Program-made: the position numbers and the translations under genes
Shown here: one piece after another, positions 12,401 through 25,952 of the stretch
Layout: the number at the start of each line of letters is the position of its first letter
How positions within the stretch are numbered: position 1 is the stretch's first letter
Assembly (NCBI GenBank): GCA_034780895.1
Contig: JAUZTB010000068.1
Coordinates: 21,472,673-21,536,672, forward strand
Direction: 5' to 3'
Length of the DNA stretch: 64,000 bases
Source: Rhynchobatus australiae
Lineage: Eukaryota
Notes under the pieces: generated by a model
What the model was told of the DNA's origin: nothing
Databases searched by the model: none
The model's input: the letters and a program-made list of their open reading frames with translations, nothing else

Positions 12401-15400
12401 ATACACAACTTGCTATTGCATATGGACATCAAATATTAGCCTAAAACAACATCATGATTAAATGTTCATCTGTCTTTGGGTAGGACCTTCATTCCCACTC
12501 ACAGCTGTCACCACTGACTAGCACATCAGGACATGTGCAGCTATGAAATTTTAGTCTGCCTGGAAGGTTAGTGAAGTTCGCAAGTACAACTCCAGGAGCG
12601 TTGATCAAGCTGATCTGGCCCAATGTGGATAAGGTCAGATTAGGCAACTGCCTTAAATGATAAGAATTTAAGAAAATAAGTTCATATACAATAATTGACT
12701 AATAAAACACTGAGTGATGCAAACTTTGTTTTCCTTAATGTGCAACTATTAGTCTACCATAAATTAGGTGACTCATTTCTTGTAAATATGAGGATCCTGT
12801 GGAGACATGAATCAAAATTCATAGTTAAACAAAAATAAGTGAGTTTTAATAAATTTCCATCAAAATCATCATATCTGGACTTCTGCAAACAGTTAGGGTG
12901 TCCACTCACAAAATAATCTGAATTTCTTAAGTAGAAAATGGTTAAATAACTTTTTATATACTGCAGAAATATTCATTGAAAGATGACAATAATATTATTA
13001 GATTGAGTAAAAGGAACATTTATGTTTGGCTTACATGAGATTACAACAGAAAATGGAATATTCTGAACAAAGATGGTGTTTTGGTGGAAGTGAAACCAAT
13101 CAAGCCAAGAACGATTCACCCAACAAAACATACATAAATGTGTGTGCAAAAATCAAAAGTCTCTGCAGTCCAGGCAGCCAACAAGGGAGAAGAACCGGAG
13201 AGATTGGTGCCAATGTCTGAGCTGGCAGACTTAAAATGAATTATGTTATACTGCTATTCCATAATTCTATTAATTACTTGTGCCAATGCAGAATTGATAG
13301 CTCCAAGTCAAATTAAATTTCTGAAGCTTAACATTAGCCCACATTCTAAAGCTTTTGGCGCAAGGTTGGCTAACATTTTAGTGCAGTATTGTGGGAGGTC
13401 TCAGTAATTAAAAAAGGAGCCAAGAAATAACATGATTGAACATGTATAGGATTTGAACAGCCTTTTGTAAAGGAGCAGCAATACCGCACCAATCCTTGAA
13501 AATTCTTCCCAATTATCACTTCTTCTCAACCATTAGAAAATCCTACATCTTTACAGATGCTGTCCAATCTGAGTATTTGCAGGAAAGCTGCTTTTATGTA
13601 CATTTTTATTAGTTCTTTCATTAGCATGCACCAGAGGTCATTGCTGTAAAGCTCACAATTCCAGAAGGTGCACTGGAAGGTACCAGGTACCCAATACAAT
13701 TCAGTCCTTCAGCATCCTAACTCGACCAACCATTCTTTCCAACCTTAAAGAAATTTTAGGCACAAGAGGCCATGCCACCTTTTAGCCTGAGATAGTGCTA
13801 GCTTTTCATACCAGCCACGCCACATTTTTATGCCCTTCATGACACACTCCACATCCTTCCTTTTCACACTTAAAGGAACTGTTACTAACTTTTTTTTTAA
13901 ANNNNNNNNNNNNNNNNNNNNNNNNNNNNNNNNNNNNNNNNNNNNNNNNNNNNNNNNNNNNNNNNNNNNNNNNNNNNNNNNNNNNNNNNNNNNNNNNNNN
14001 NNNNNNNNNNNNNNNNNNNNNNNNNNNNNNNNNNNNNNNNNNNNNGACAGTGTAATGTTTCGTTGGTCACATGCATGTTCTGGAGCTGACAAGCAGCGTC
14101 TTGTATATTCTTGTTACCATTTTAGCAAACAATACCACTTATCCTTTTCCACTTCTACAAGGATTCCCATTTTAAAGTCATTCTTTGTAACTTTTACTGC
14201 TAAACCATTTAAAGTATTTTGGCAGTATCCTACCCGGGGTACTCGGAAATTGTACAAATGGTCTCACTTATCCACTTGACAAAAGACAAACTAGTACACC
14301 CAAGTTTAGGGAAATAGCTGTTTTTCAGCAATGATCCATATACGAACAAAATAAGAGTATTTTTCTTGAAATGTTACTTGGAGGTTTGGTTTGTTATTGT
14401 GCAATGTCATTGTTCAACCAAAGCTGAATTCCATCTTAGCTTTAAATGTTAAAGATCTATATGCAGATTACATATCAAGTTTAGGGCAGCCTAATACATC
14501 ACAAATGTAAACGAGATCCTTATTAACTACTTTCTGAAGAGAATTCTTGCCCTTTCTATCTTTCTATGGGGGGGGGGGGAGAAAGAGGGGGCGGGGAGAT
14601 AGAAAATGCAATAAATGGAGGTGATGGTTATGAAGCTTTTGGAAGGGGGAAAAGGGACAGTCTAACATTTCGTAGTGACCTAGAATTGGAAATCCAGTTT
14701 TGAGCTGTTAAAATTATTGGCAGATTCAGTCTTGCGTGAGTCCTATGATAATCGGTTTGAAGCCAGCTAAGCTATTTGGTAAGTAATACAAATATCAATA
14801 TTACCAAAACTATCAAATTTCATGAAGTTAAATGTGTCAGTTCATCTGTATGAAAAGCAAAGAATTGCTCTGATCCACAATATTAAAAACCAGCTTGCAG
14901 TACAGACGCTGCCGACTTTCCATCACACAATCTACTGCTTTAATATGTTGCCATGGTGCAATTGCACAAGGGGTTCCATGAACATGGAGTTGGAGAAAGA
15001 ACCCAAGTTTCAACATTAATGTTTTATTGGCAGAGGTTTGGCAAGAAATAATCTCTTCTACAACATAGTGAAACAGCCCCATTTTTGCAATGGTAGCGCT
15101 CAAACCATTTTCTTAAGAAATAATAACTGGAGAGAAAAGTAGGTAAATAAACAAAACTTAAAATAATTTGAAATTATACACCTGTAGCATCTGTCTACCT
15201 GTTTTTGACTTCAAGTCCACTCTACTGAACTACTACACTGTTGAACACTGGTAATATCACCACAACCTCCATCAACATATTTGTTGGTAACAAGCCAATT
15301 GTCTGACACCGTGGCTACAAAACAGAAACTTTGCTAAGAAAAACCACAGAGGTATGCAGTACTATCAATTAGAATGAGACTAAAATAAAGCAACCACTCA

Positions 15401-15624
15401 ACTGCTGGGTATAACGTGAATATAATGCACATTAATAAATCACAACTTAAATGATTGGATTAACCAGATTGAAATGCCTACAACAGCTGGGATATCCTTA
15501 GTTTTGACTACATATTTCCAGAATGGTTCTTGAATTGGTCACAGGTTCCTTTCCTAATTTTTATTTTTGCTTCTATCCAGAGATGTTGTTTGAATAGATA
15601 AACAGTGGACAAGATTGAATCAAG

Positions 15625-16215
15625 GACAAGATGGAACAAGTTCAGCACCATTCGTGACTCCTCAAATAATGAAGCAGCCCACATCTAAATGCAGCAAGAC
15701 CTGGACATAATCCAGGCTGGGCTGATAGTGGCATTACCATCACTGAATCCCCCACAATCAATATTCTGGGGATTATCACTGACCAGAAACTGAACTGCAG
15801 TAGCCATATACACAATACGGCTACAAGGGCAGGTCAGAGGCTCGGAATCCTCTGGCAAGTAACTCTCCTCCTACTTCCTCAAAGCCTGTCCAACATCTAC
15901 AAGGCTCAAGTCAGGAGTGTGATGAAATACTCGCTACTTGCCTGGATGAGTGCAGCTTCAACAACACTCAAGCAGCTCTATACCAAACAGGACATAGCAG
16001 ACCATTTGACAGGCGCCCCATCCTCAACTATTTACCCACTCCGCCACCAATGCACAGTAGCAGTCTGCACCATCTACAGGATGCACTGNNNNNNNNNNNN
16101 NNNNNNNNNNAGACAACACATTCCAAACCCACATTCTCTACCAGTTAGAAGGACAAGGGCAGCAAAAGCATGGGGACACCACTACCTGCAAGCTGCCCTC
16201 CAAGCCACAGACCAT
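15625..16215 (+). mobile_element. 3' part of the same non-LTR family as 7180-9255 (RT C-terminus)
   Basis: Translates MQQDLDIIQAG, ILGIITDQKLN.SSHI, IYKAQVRSVMKYSLLAWMSAASTTLKQL; ends in caagctgccctccaagccacagaccat. Confidence 0.8.
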
Positions 16216-17299
16216 GTGCCTATTTTCTAAAACTTTCCAAAGTTCTGAAGAAAAGCCAATTTGAAAAGTTAACTGTTTCACTCTCCAGTATTTCCATTAT
16301 CTGCAGTTTGTTTTTTGCTTTTTATTTCTATATGCAAACTATGTTTCTCTCTCCCTAAATCAAAAGTATTACCAATACAAGATCTGTGTTTAGCTTTGCA
16401 TCTGACTAGCATCTGCTTTTCAAAAAATAAAAAAGTTTTTTTTGCATTATTAGAAACACAGGGAAAAAGTTATTTAGTTTAATTGTTAACCATGATGTGG
16501 GGCATACTTAAAAATAGAAAACATTAATACTTAGCTGTACTTTACCTTTCTACAATTATTTATCCAGGAAATAAATGCACGCAAGTGATTTTTAAAAAGA
16601 TGGATTAAATTAAGTGCTTAACCATTTTTCACATTTGTTGGCTTATTATTGTAATAGAATATCTGGTACAAAAATATTAATGTTAAGGAGAACAGTCAGA
16701 AATCTTCATAGCATGTAAATATTTACCAGTATTGGACTGTGGAATAATTAAAAAGATTCATAAGAATTGTTTTTTAATAACATTGCTTGAATCAAGACCC
16801 TTGATTTAGATTTTATTTCCCACATCAACAATTGTATATAAAAAGGGGGAAAAAAAAGTTTTTTTCACCTGCATTTTTGTAGAACAGAACTTAATTGACA
16901 CACACAAACATTAGATTTGCTAAACTATCAGACATGGTACCTGATTGTTTGGTCGAGTGCCTTTACAGAGGTACAGTGAAAAACTTCTCTTGCATACAAG
17001 TTTACAGTTGTGTACCAAAATTTATGAAAGCCTTTGACAGTAAATATTTTTGTTTGGAAATTAGAAATGTAAATAAAAATAGCACTGAAAAATCTGCTGT
17101 GAAATTAGCAGAAATATCTTGCTATTAAGGATTGTTGAGAAAGTGAGATGCCTTGTTACTGGGATAGTTTAAAGAAAGCTTAAGAAAAAATCTCTGAAGC
17201 AGGGGAGGTACAGATCTCTGGGAGAACAAAATCCATGTTGAATTGCTTTCTGGGGGCCAACAGAGTTTAAAATGGGGAAGAATGGCATACTTTGCGACA

Positions 17300-17950
17300 C
17301 AAGATAATAGAAGTAGGTCATTCAGCCCTTGGCAATTGCTCTATCGTCCTACAAGATCACGATGAACTTTTTACCTCAGCGACACTTTCCCAATCAGTAC
17401 AGGGCATTCCAGATATGGGTCTCACCAGAGATCTACACGATTGGAGCTGATGTCTCTAATTATGTAGATCCAATAACATCAGATTCTCTTGCAATAAAAA
17501 TTTAACTGTCACACTATTTAACTTCCCAATTGCTTGCTAAACCTTCATGTCAACTTTAAGGGATTTGTACACAAGATCACCAGATCTCTCTGAACACCAA
17601 AACATTTCAGTTGTCAGCATTCTTAAAAAAAACCTGTTTTTTCTAGCAGAATGGATGAAATCAATTTTTTCCACATTACATTCTACCTTCCATTTTTTCA
17701 CCTATCACCCATTCATTCAACCATGAAGAATGGCTGTCCCATGAAGTCTTTGCATTCTCCTCACAGCCCACACTGCAACCCTGCTTTGTGTCAGCAGCAA
17801 CTTTTGCTATACTTTACTGATCCAAATCATTTAGACTGAACAACTAGGGCCCTAGCACCAATTCCTGCAGCATCTCACTACTTGCAGTCTCCTAACCCCA
17901 AAAATTACTTATTTATTCTTGTTGTTTTCTGTCCTTTAACCAATCCTTTT
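17300..17950 (-). mobile_element. CR1 LINE, decayed 3' portion
   Basis: Reverse CR1 tail agtaggtcattcagccctt and RT-region gggccctagcaccaattcctgcagcat (GxPQGSVLGP-like on the minus strand). Confidence 0.7.
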
Positions 17951-17960
17951 TCTGTGCAGC

Positions 17961-18170
17961 AAGAAAATGCAGATTATGGAATCTGAACCCAAAAAAAAGA
18001 ACTACTGGAAGAACTCAGTGGGTCAAGCAGCATCAGCAGAGGCAAAGGGATGGTCAACATTTGAGATCGAGACCCTGGATCAGAACAGGGTCTTGACCCA
18101 AAATTTCAACCATCCCCTTGCCTTCACTGATGCTAATTGACCCACTGAGTTCTTCCGGCAGTTAGTTTTC
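17961..18170. mobile_element. Penelope-derived palindromic non-autonomous element
   Basis: Arms 18001-18077 and 18086-18163 are imperfect reverse complements (ggaagaactcagtgggtcaa / ttgacccactgagttcttcc). Same sequence as the terminus of the GIY-YIG-bearing copy at 24245-24925. Confidence 0.7.
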
Positions 18171-19884
18171 TCACTCTTTGTGAGTCAATATATTATTCAA
18201 ATAATCTATTGCTCCTTATTGAATGTCTTCTGAAAGTCATGTAGGTGGAACGGAGGTGCAGATTAGCTATAATTTTTTGTTCTTGTATCCAACAGCATGA
18301 ATAGTTTACTCCTTATTTTATGGAAATGTTTCTACATTACTATTCTCTAACAATATGCTCCCATTTCTTCACTTTTTTGTTATAGTGCAGTGTAATATTT
18401 ACAAAAAAATCAAGACAACTCTTGCTTAAGAAAGGTATAAAACTTCCAATTGTTTTACTTGTCAATGTATAGATTAGAACCAGTCAATTAAATAACCTGT
18501 TAGCATTCATGTTAGTGTCAAGGGAATAATATACTTATTTGAGATAAAGAATAGTCTTCCTTATAAGATTAGTCGAAATACCCAGAGTTCTATATTCAAA
18601 GTACTGTGTCGATTTAGCAAATGCTGCATTACGTTCACTGGCACGCAACACAACCTTCAATGAACATGATTTTCACTAATATCACGCAAGAATCTATCAT
18701 ATCAACAGTTAGATCTCAATTCGTGGAAATAACCACAAGACTACAAAAAAAATGGTCAAACAGAAATTTCTAAAGTACTAAAAGAATGACAAATTCTCTG
18801 ACATCTCCCCAAGACAGTAGAGACTCGTACAAGAATGGTTTTACATGTGTTTGCAGTCATGTGGCATCTTGTCCAGGTGACACATTTCTTTCATAAATGC
18901 AAGTAGCAGGCATCAACTGGTTATGGAATCAATGCGTTATGCAAAAAGAGTCACAGCACATCTTGTAATAAATTAGGCATCTCACACCCAGTATTAATCT
19001 TGGTCTTCTTATGAATGTTCTGCAAAGTTTCACTATCACTCAGTGAGGTTCAAAATGATAGTGTTCCAACCAAGTTCCAGCAAAAATTTACTCCTAGGCA
19101 ACATTATGCAGTAGTTAATTGCACTGCAAATACTCTAGGCAGAAAATGGTAGCATTTGTACAAAACTTCAGCAATATGTGTACAGAATTAAAAGGCCCAC
19201 ATATCATTTAACTGTCTAATTCTGGTAAAATAGGGGAGTTTATAATTTCAATGCTAACATTAATTTGAATTTAAAACAAGATTAACAAAATATCATATCT
19301 TTGCTTAATGATCAAAATAGGTGTCTTCTCTCCAAATATCTGCAATTTTATGAAAATTGCATGTCACCATCTTAACCCTGAACACTTAACTAGAAAATTC
19401 ATTTGCATTGAAGTAATTCAATTTAAAAATGTTAGTAACTAATTACAGATTTTTTTTGTTCTCCATTGCACATTTAATCTCTATATCTGTTGGAATGTGC
19501 AGTCAAACCTGCTGAATTTGATCAATTTACATTTTATTTTGGCTCTCTACTGTCCTGTTCTCAGATTGGAAAAGCACCAGAGAAAAGAATAAGGTCAAGT
19601 AGCAACTGCCTTTTGGTACAAGCCTCATCTTGGATATAAAATTATAAATGTGCAATACAAGTGAATATTGATACGTAAGAAAGAGAAAATGTAGGTGTTT
19701 CATATCACCTTAATAATTATCCACCTTGAATCTATTTCAGATGGTATTTATTAAAAGAGACATGTTGATCTGCATCCTGGATCATTGTTTCCCCCTACTT
19801 ATTTTAAAGTGATACCACACGGTACACTGCTTGAACTGTGTAATAGTAATAATTTATTTCATTGACCCTAGTCCAGATGGAGGG

Positions 19885-20015
19885 AGACACAACAGACTGC
19901 AGATTCTGGAATCCAGACAAGTCCCGATGAAGCGTTTTGACCTGAAATGTTGACCATCTGTTTCCTCCACAAATGCTGCCTGACCCAAGTTCCTCTAGCA
20001 GCTCGTTTTTTGTTC
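19885..20015 (+). mobile_element. Penelope-derived terminal fragment with decayed hammerhead motif
   Basis: gactgcagattctggaatc followed by gtcccgatgaagcgttttgacctgaaatgttgac...aatgctgcctgaccc. Confidence 0.65.
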
Positions 20016-22289
20016 AAGACAGAGGGAGATAGCGTTAATCCCAATTATTTTGCCGGGTTCCCCATTCATGCTGCCTGGTATTTGTGAATAGCAACTCTGG
20101 CTGTGGTCTCTTCCAGAATCCTATGTTTGATCACACAGCTGTTACCTGTACTCAAGGGAAGTTCCAATGAAGGGCAAATGTAATTCTGCTAGCTTCCTCT
20201 GACCAACAACCCAAAAGTAATCACTTGATTTTCAAATTCTCATTAACCTCAACATCTGATCTCACTTGACTCCATTCCAGCCTAAATACTCCAGATCCTC
20301 AGTTTGATCTGCATAAGTTCTATTTTCTGCACTATTTCTTCTGTCTGCTTGATATATGACTGCTCACCTCAAATTAAATGGAGTTAGTTTACCATCTTGC
20401 TGGTATGAAGTTAGAAGTGACTATTTCTGTAAAAGACAACTTGCAAGAACAAGATAACTTTGTAGAAATAAAAGGAGCCAAACAAAAAAAAAATCTCTTT
20501 AAATCTTATCTACTAGAGAACCAAAACATACAGGTGAATGAATAAAGTGTCTCAAGACACACAACAAGAAGGAAAACAAAATTAATGGAAGAAGACAAAA
20601 ACAGAGTGATAGGTATTTTTAATAATGAAAGCCCAATTAATTGAGATTTATAATGCATACACAAGCTGCATGGATAAATATTTTTGCAACTAAAGTAAAT
20701 ATATAGGGACCGGAGATCACACACACAAAGTTAAGGCAGAACTAGGCTTGATGGGTTATAATTATGCTGACCAATTTAAGATAAGGGCAGGACGCCTTTC
20801 TGGCTGGACAGAAGTTGCAACGTCAGACAACATTAATCATGTTAACTACTAATTGTTAAATTANNNNNNNNNNNNAGCTTTGATTAAAGGTCTTTTGAAT
20901 TTCAGGTTTAAAGTTGGCCAGTGCATTTTGCTGGCATGCAAGAAGCAATAAAATGGCCAGGTTTCCTTCTGATCACTAATGGCCCATAGTGGAACTATGG
21001 AATACACAAATGAGAACACTTGAGGGCAGAATACAAAGTTTCTAATAGCCATGCACATTAGTGGCATTCACCATTCAGATAATTGCAAGGATGATTGGTT
21101 GGTGAAAGCAGTGTGCTTATGGATCTACATACCAGCAAAAGATTAAAAATCTTAATTTAGCAGAGAAAATGTTATAACCTTACAATTTCACAAAGAGCTC
21201 CTTGTTATATCTGCTCTAAGTGTTATATATATTTTTATATAGACACACACACGTGACAATATATATGAAAGCCTCAAAAACAGGCAGACAGGTTTTACTT
21301 TGTTTACTATCATTATCACGTCTTGCGTAGCCAGAGTACGAGATAGAAACGTCATTTGAATAATAAAAAGGTATAAAGCATTCAAAGCAACAGTTTCTAA
21401 ACAAGGAGCTTTGCCAATGGATGTGAGCAGGATGAACAAACATATTAAACACAATAAAAATATGAAATGCTGATAGCAGCATCACACTAAGCAAATAGTC
21501 AAATACCTTTTTGACCAACTCTAGTAGCCAGAATAAGCAATAAGGTGTGTCTGTGATAAATGGAGGTTTTTTTTAAAAATAGGGGGCGTGGGTTGGTAGT
21601 ACAGGACGTATGTGGGTGGGAAATCTTATATAGCCATGTGAAGTGGCAATTTTGGGGTGCTGCTCAAAAGAGGGTAACAAGGATAAAAGGAGCAATCAGA
21701 TAAATCAGATAANNNNNNNNNNNNNNNNNNNNNNNNNNNNNNNNNNNNNNNNNNNNNNNNNNNNNNNNNNNNNNNNNNNNNNNNNNNNNNNNNNNNNNNN
21801 NNNNNNNNNNNNNNNNNNNNNNNNNNNNNNNNNNNNNNNNNNNNNNNNNNNNNNNNNNNNNNNNNNNNNNNNNNNNNNNNNNNNNNNNNNNNNNNNNNNN
21901 NNNNNNNNNNNNNNNNNNNNNNNNNNNNNNNNNNNNNNNNNNNNNNNNNNNNNNNNNNNNNNNNNNNNNNNNNNNNNNNNNNNNNNNNNNNNNNNNNNNN
22001 NNNNNNNNNNNNNNNNNNNNNNNNNNNNNNNNNNNNNNNNNNNNNNNNNNNNNNNNNNNNNNNNNNNNNNNNNNNNNNNNNNNNNNNNNNNNNNNNNNNN
22101 NNNNNNNNNNNNNNNNNNNNNNNNNNNNNNNNNNNNNNNNNNNNNNNNNNNNNNNNNNNNNNNNNNNNNNNNNNNNNNNNNNNNNNNNNNNNNNNNNNNN
22201 NNNNNNNNNNNNNNNNNNNNNNNNNNNNNNNNNNNNNCAGTTTTGTTCTTAGATGCACTACGACTTCAAGAAGTCAAATGATAGCTTTC

Positions 22290-22620
22290 CCAAAATATGA
22301 TTGAAGCCACCTCGCCCTATTAAACATCACCTTGATTTTAAAATCATTTTCCTGGCTTTTAAATCCTACTGAGGGTCCTTCCCTCCTACATCCATAAATC
22401 TTGTCAGTCCTACAATCTTTTGAGATGTGTCCAATTCTGGTCTCCTGCACTTCCCCTATTTTAATCACTCCACCAGGGCTGATGATGCCATCTGCTTCCA
22501 TCTCTTCTTACAATCTCTCATTGGCCAGTCTTTCTGTCTCAATATCTACTTACCTAACTGGATGTCAAATTTTGTAATAACAAAGCACTTTGAAATGCCT
22601 TGGGGCATTGCACTAGAATG
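22290..22620 (+). mobile_element. L2-clade LINE 3' end
   Basis: Translates PIKHHLDFKIIFLAFKS...SNSGLLHFPYFNHST, resembling the L2 C-terminal HWLPV...FKIL...FK motif; ends in an aagcactttg-type tail. Confidence 0.6.
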
Positions 22621-24244
22621 TTAATTGAGAATTCAGATGAGAAAACCAGTATGATTAACAATACACGTCATTAAATCAAAAAGGCAAGTCACCAAACTAT
22701 TAGCTAAATTGTAAGTGGTTGGACTACTGAGGTCATTTATAAAACATTCTGGTACTTGACAAAGCTCAGTAGTCACTCAGGAACTCAAACCACTTCAATG
22801 GTTTTGCCTCACCCAATCCTGAAGTTCAGGTACTACTTTGTCTGGCAGGACTGCTACATCAATTCATCGCGTTTGTTTTTCTCTTTCCTTTATATTTAAT
22901 GTAATTACTCTTGACACCTGCTATTCTACTGGTTTTCCTTACGTGTCAATGATTTAATTACTCTAGATGCAAACTATTGAAGACAAGTATGAACGTGTTG
23001 CTTGTTCTATGCAGCTCGTATCTGATGAGAAGAGGCATAGACTTAATTGTTTTAGTTCCTACCTATCCCCAAAGGGTTAAATAGCTTCACAACATTGCCA
23101 AGGTTCTCACATTTACAATGACCAGTGCAGTGAGATTTAAAGGATATTTCAGATTCACAAGTTGGTCTTCTGGCATTCAAGCTGCGTGGATGATAGGAAA
23201 AGCCATCCTCCCATTTTGTTTGGCGATATTCTTGCTGCTGTTCAATCACCTCTTCTCCCCACACCCCACCTCCACACCTCTTGAAAACATTATTTGTGCT
23301 GGTACAGGCTTGAGTGGGTACTGGCAACTCTTCAGTATCTCTTCCAAGCAGCTATTCTTCCCTGTGAGAACCTCAACAACATTGATAAGCTGTTAAATAT
23401 TGCGGGGTGGATCAGTGGGGGAGTCATGGGCAAGCCTGAACATATCAAGCAGTGGCTAATTTTGCCCTTTATTAATTTGGGGGCACAAACCCATTGTACT
23501 GTTTGAAAAGCTGGCTGAGAGAAGATCAACACTCAAAGTCCAAATGTACCCACTGAATTTTAAAATGTTTCAGCAGTGACAATGATGAATGAATATGTTG
23601 TTAGGCATGTCTGAATGTTCCATTATAAATGGCTCACATCCACTCTGTGAAAATTCTAGTGTTCTGACATGAGGGATCCACCTGCAAAATGGAATGCTGT
23701 GATTGCATGGATGCAAATCTCTACAACTATTACTCCACGTTTGGGTCTGACATATTGCTTGAATTAAAAAAAAACAAAACTTAAAAAGGTTTTGGACACT
23801 AAGTTAGGAGATACAACTTGCTCTTTTACCAACAGCTGGGCAATACCATGAGTGCCTTAAGGGAGCCAAGATTTGTAATCTCATATTAATAGAGAATTTC
23901 TACTTTTCCTACTTTTTAAAAATAATACTTCCGAGTGTTCATTTCTAATGGGTGATTCAGACCCAAAATTTAATACTTTGCGTTCCATGGTTTCACTGGA
24001 ACATCATGTTACAAATACTGGAACGAGGGAAGCTGCTCACTATCCACATCATCATCACTCTATCAATTTTTCATGGAGAATTATCCTTCCAGATTTTACA
24101 GCATGGCTGTTACAGCAGCGTTGGAAGTGAGAGGATATTTTGAAGAAATTCCAACAATTAGAGAATACAGTTCAGGAGATGAGGAACCCTACAAAATCTT
24201 TTCTTGGGTAACTTCTCAGGATCAAGGAAGGAATGCTTCAAGAT

Positions 24245-24925
24245 GAGAGACTGCAGATGCTAGAATCTAAAACACAATGCTGGAAGAACTCAGTGGGACA
24301 AGCAGTATCCATGGAGACAAAAGGTATAAGTTGACATTTTGGGTCGAGACCTTTCATCAGGACTGAGGGGGGAAACAGGAAAAATAGCAGAATACAGGAG
24401 GGTTGAATAGAGGTTGGTGGGTGATANNNNNNNNNNNNNNNNNNNNNNNNNNNNNNNNNNNNNNNNNNNNNNNNNNNNNNNNNNNNNNNNNNNNNNNNNN
24501 NNNNNNNNNNNNNNNNNNNNNNNNNNCCATTTTGGGAGGGGATGATGGGCAGATGGAACTAGGTTTTGGGGGGGGGGAAAGAAGAAGAGGGAAGGGGAAG
24601 GAGGGGTCGGACAGAGGCTGATAGATTGTAGGTGGAGCCAAACGGAGGAGGGGATTGGAGGGAGGAACAAAGGGAGAAGAAAAGTAGAGGGACAGGTGAA
24701 TGTGTGGGAGGACAGCACTGCAGGGGTGTGGGTTACCTGAAACATTTAATATTCATACCATTGGGTTGTAAACTACCCAAGTGGAATACAAATTTTGTTC
24801 TTTCAATTTAACTTTGGCCTCTCTATATCAATGGAGAAGACAGAGGATAGACAGGTTGGTGTGGGAGTGGAAAGGTGCATTAAAATGATATGCAACTGGA
24901 AGCCCAAGTTGAATGCTGCAGAGAG
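24245..24925 (-). mobile_element. Penelope-like element: GIY-YIG endonuclease C-terminus, pyrimidine-rich spacer, terminal repeat with hammerhead-like motif
   Basis: Minus strand ~24730-24905 reads LPVAYHFNAPFHSHTNLSILCLLH..EAKVKLKEQ, matching PLE endonuclease PVAxHFN. Minus 24329-24365 is cagtcCTGATGAaaggtctcgacccAAAAtgtcaact. Confidence 0.8.
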
Positions 24926-25134
24926 TGCAGGTTCTCCTGTCCTGTGGGTTCTGAGGTGGCTGAAGGATCTTATGCAAGGTATGCAGCCACTACCACAGGC
25001 GGAGCTGGAGGAGGATGGGTGAATGGATTGTTTGAGAGATTTTAAATTCATTTGTTGCTTTCATCACCTCTGTGCTCCTCTTAGAGATTCAGGATGTTCA
25101 ATACCTTTCCTGATGCTCAAGAATTGAGGTTTAT

Positions 25135-25235
25135 AAGAAATGAGCACAGAAGAATTGAAGCCAACATATGCCCAATGGCAGGGCAGGCTTGAGGGGCCAG
25201 GTGGCCTACTACTGCTCCTATTTTCCTGCGTCCCT
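25135..25235 (+). mobile_element. CR1/HE1-type 3' tail inserted in the RTE
   Basis: aatggcagggcaggcttgaggggccaggtggcctactactgctcctattt, a typical CR1-family 3' stem-loop tail. Confidence 0.7.
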
Positions 25236-25952
25236 TTGCTCTTTCTCTAGTTTGAGTAGTTGCAGCCAGGGATTCACATTAGTTGAAAATTCTACATCCC
25301 TCTCCTCAAAGCAGCTTTGAGAAGATCCTTGAAGCGTGTTCTCTCCCCTTTTGGAAATCCATTACTGTGAAGTAGTTCTGAATATCTGTTTCAGGAGTCG
25401 AGTCAGGCATGCAGATGATGTGGCTTGCCTAGAATCTTAATGCTGCGGGACCCTGGTCTGGGACAGGATAGTGACATTGGTTCACTTATCCAGTTCCTCT
25501 CCTGTGCTACACTATGCCTACTGTACTAGTTCATATATCCCAATTATAAAAGGCGGCACAGATCACTGCTGGCTGGCCATGAACTTAGTACTGGGTTTGA
25601 GATCTTGATCTCTGAATGCTTTTATCCTTGGGCTGCCTCAGAGGCAGTACTGGGGCCTTGGCAGTAGTATTGAGTTTTGTCATTAATGTCAGTCTTCACC
25701 AGGGGTGCAGGGGAGAGGAGAATAATGAAAGTGATATTTTTCCAAGGTGTCACCATAGATCTTGATTGCTGGGGTTGGGGCAGTGGGGACAGTTTGATGG
25801 AGGAGTGTCTTAATGATGTTTAACACATTGTCTATTCCTTGTATGCTGCAGTGATTCCTTTGAGCTCAGCCTTCAACCATGTATGTATCTGGATAATGGA
25901 GATTAGAGAGACCTTGTTTCTGGAGCAGAGACAGCAAAGACTAAATTGTTTT

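Noticed and set aside
14568-14596. G12 run plus G-tracts (possible G-quadruplex)
   Set aside because: Simple low-complexity tract with no supporting context.
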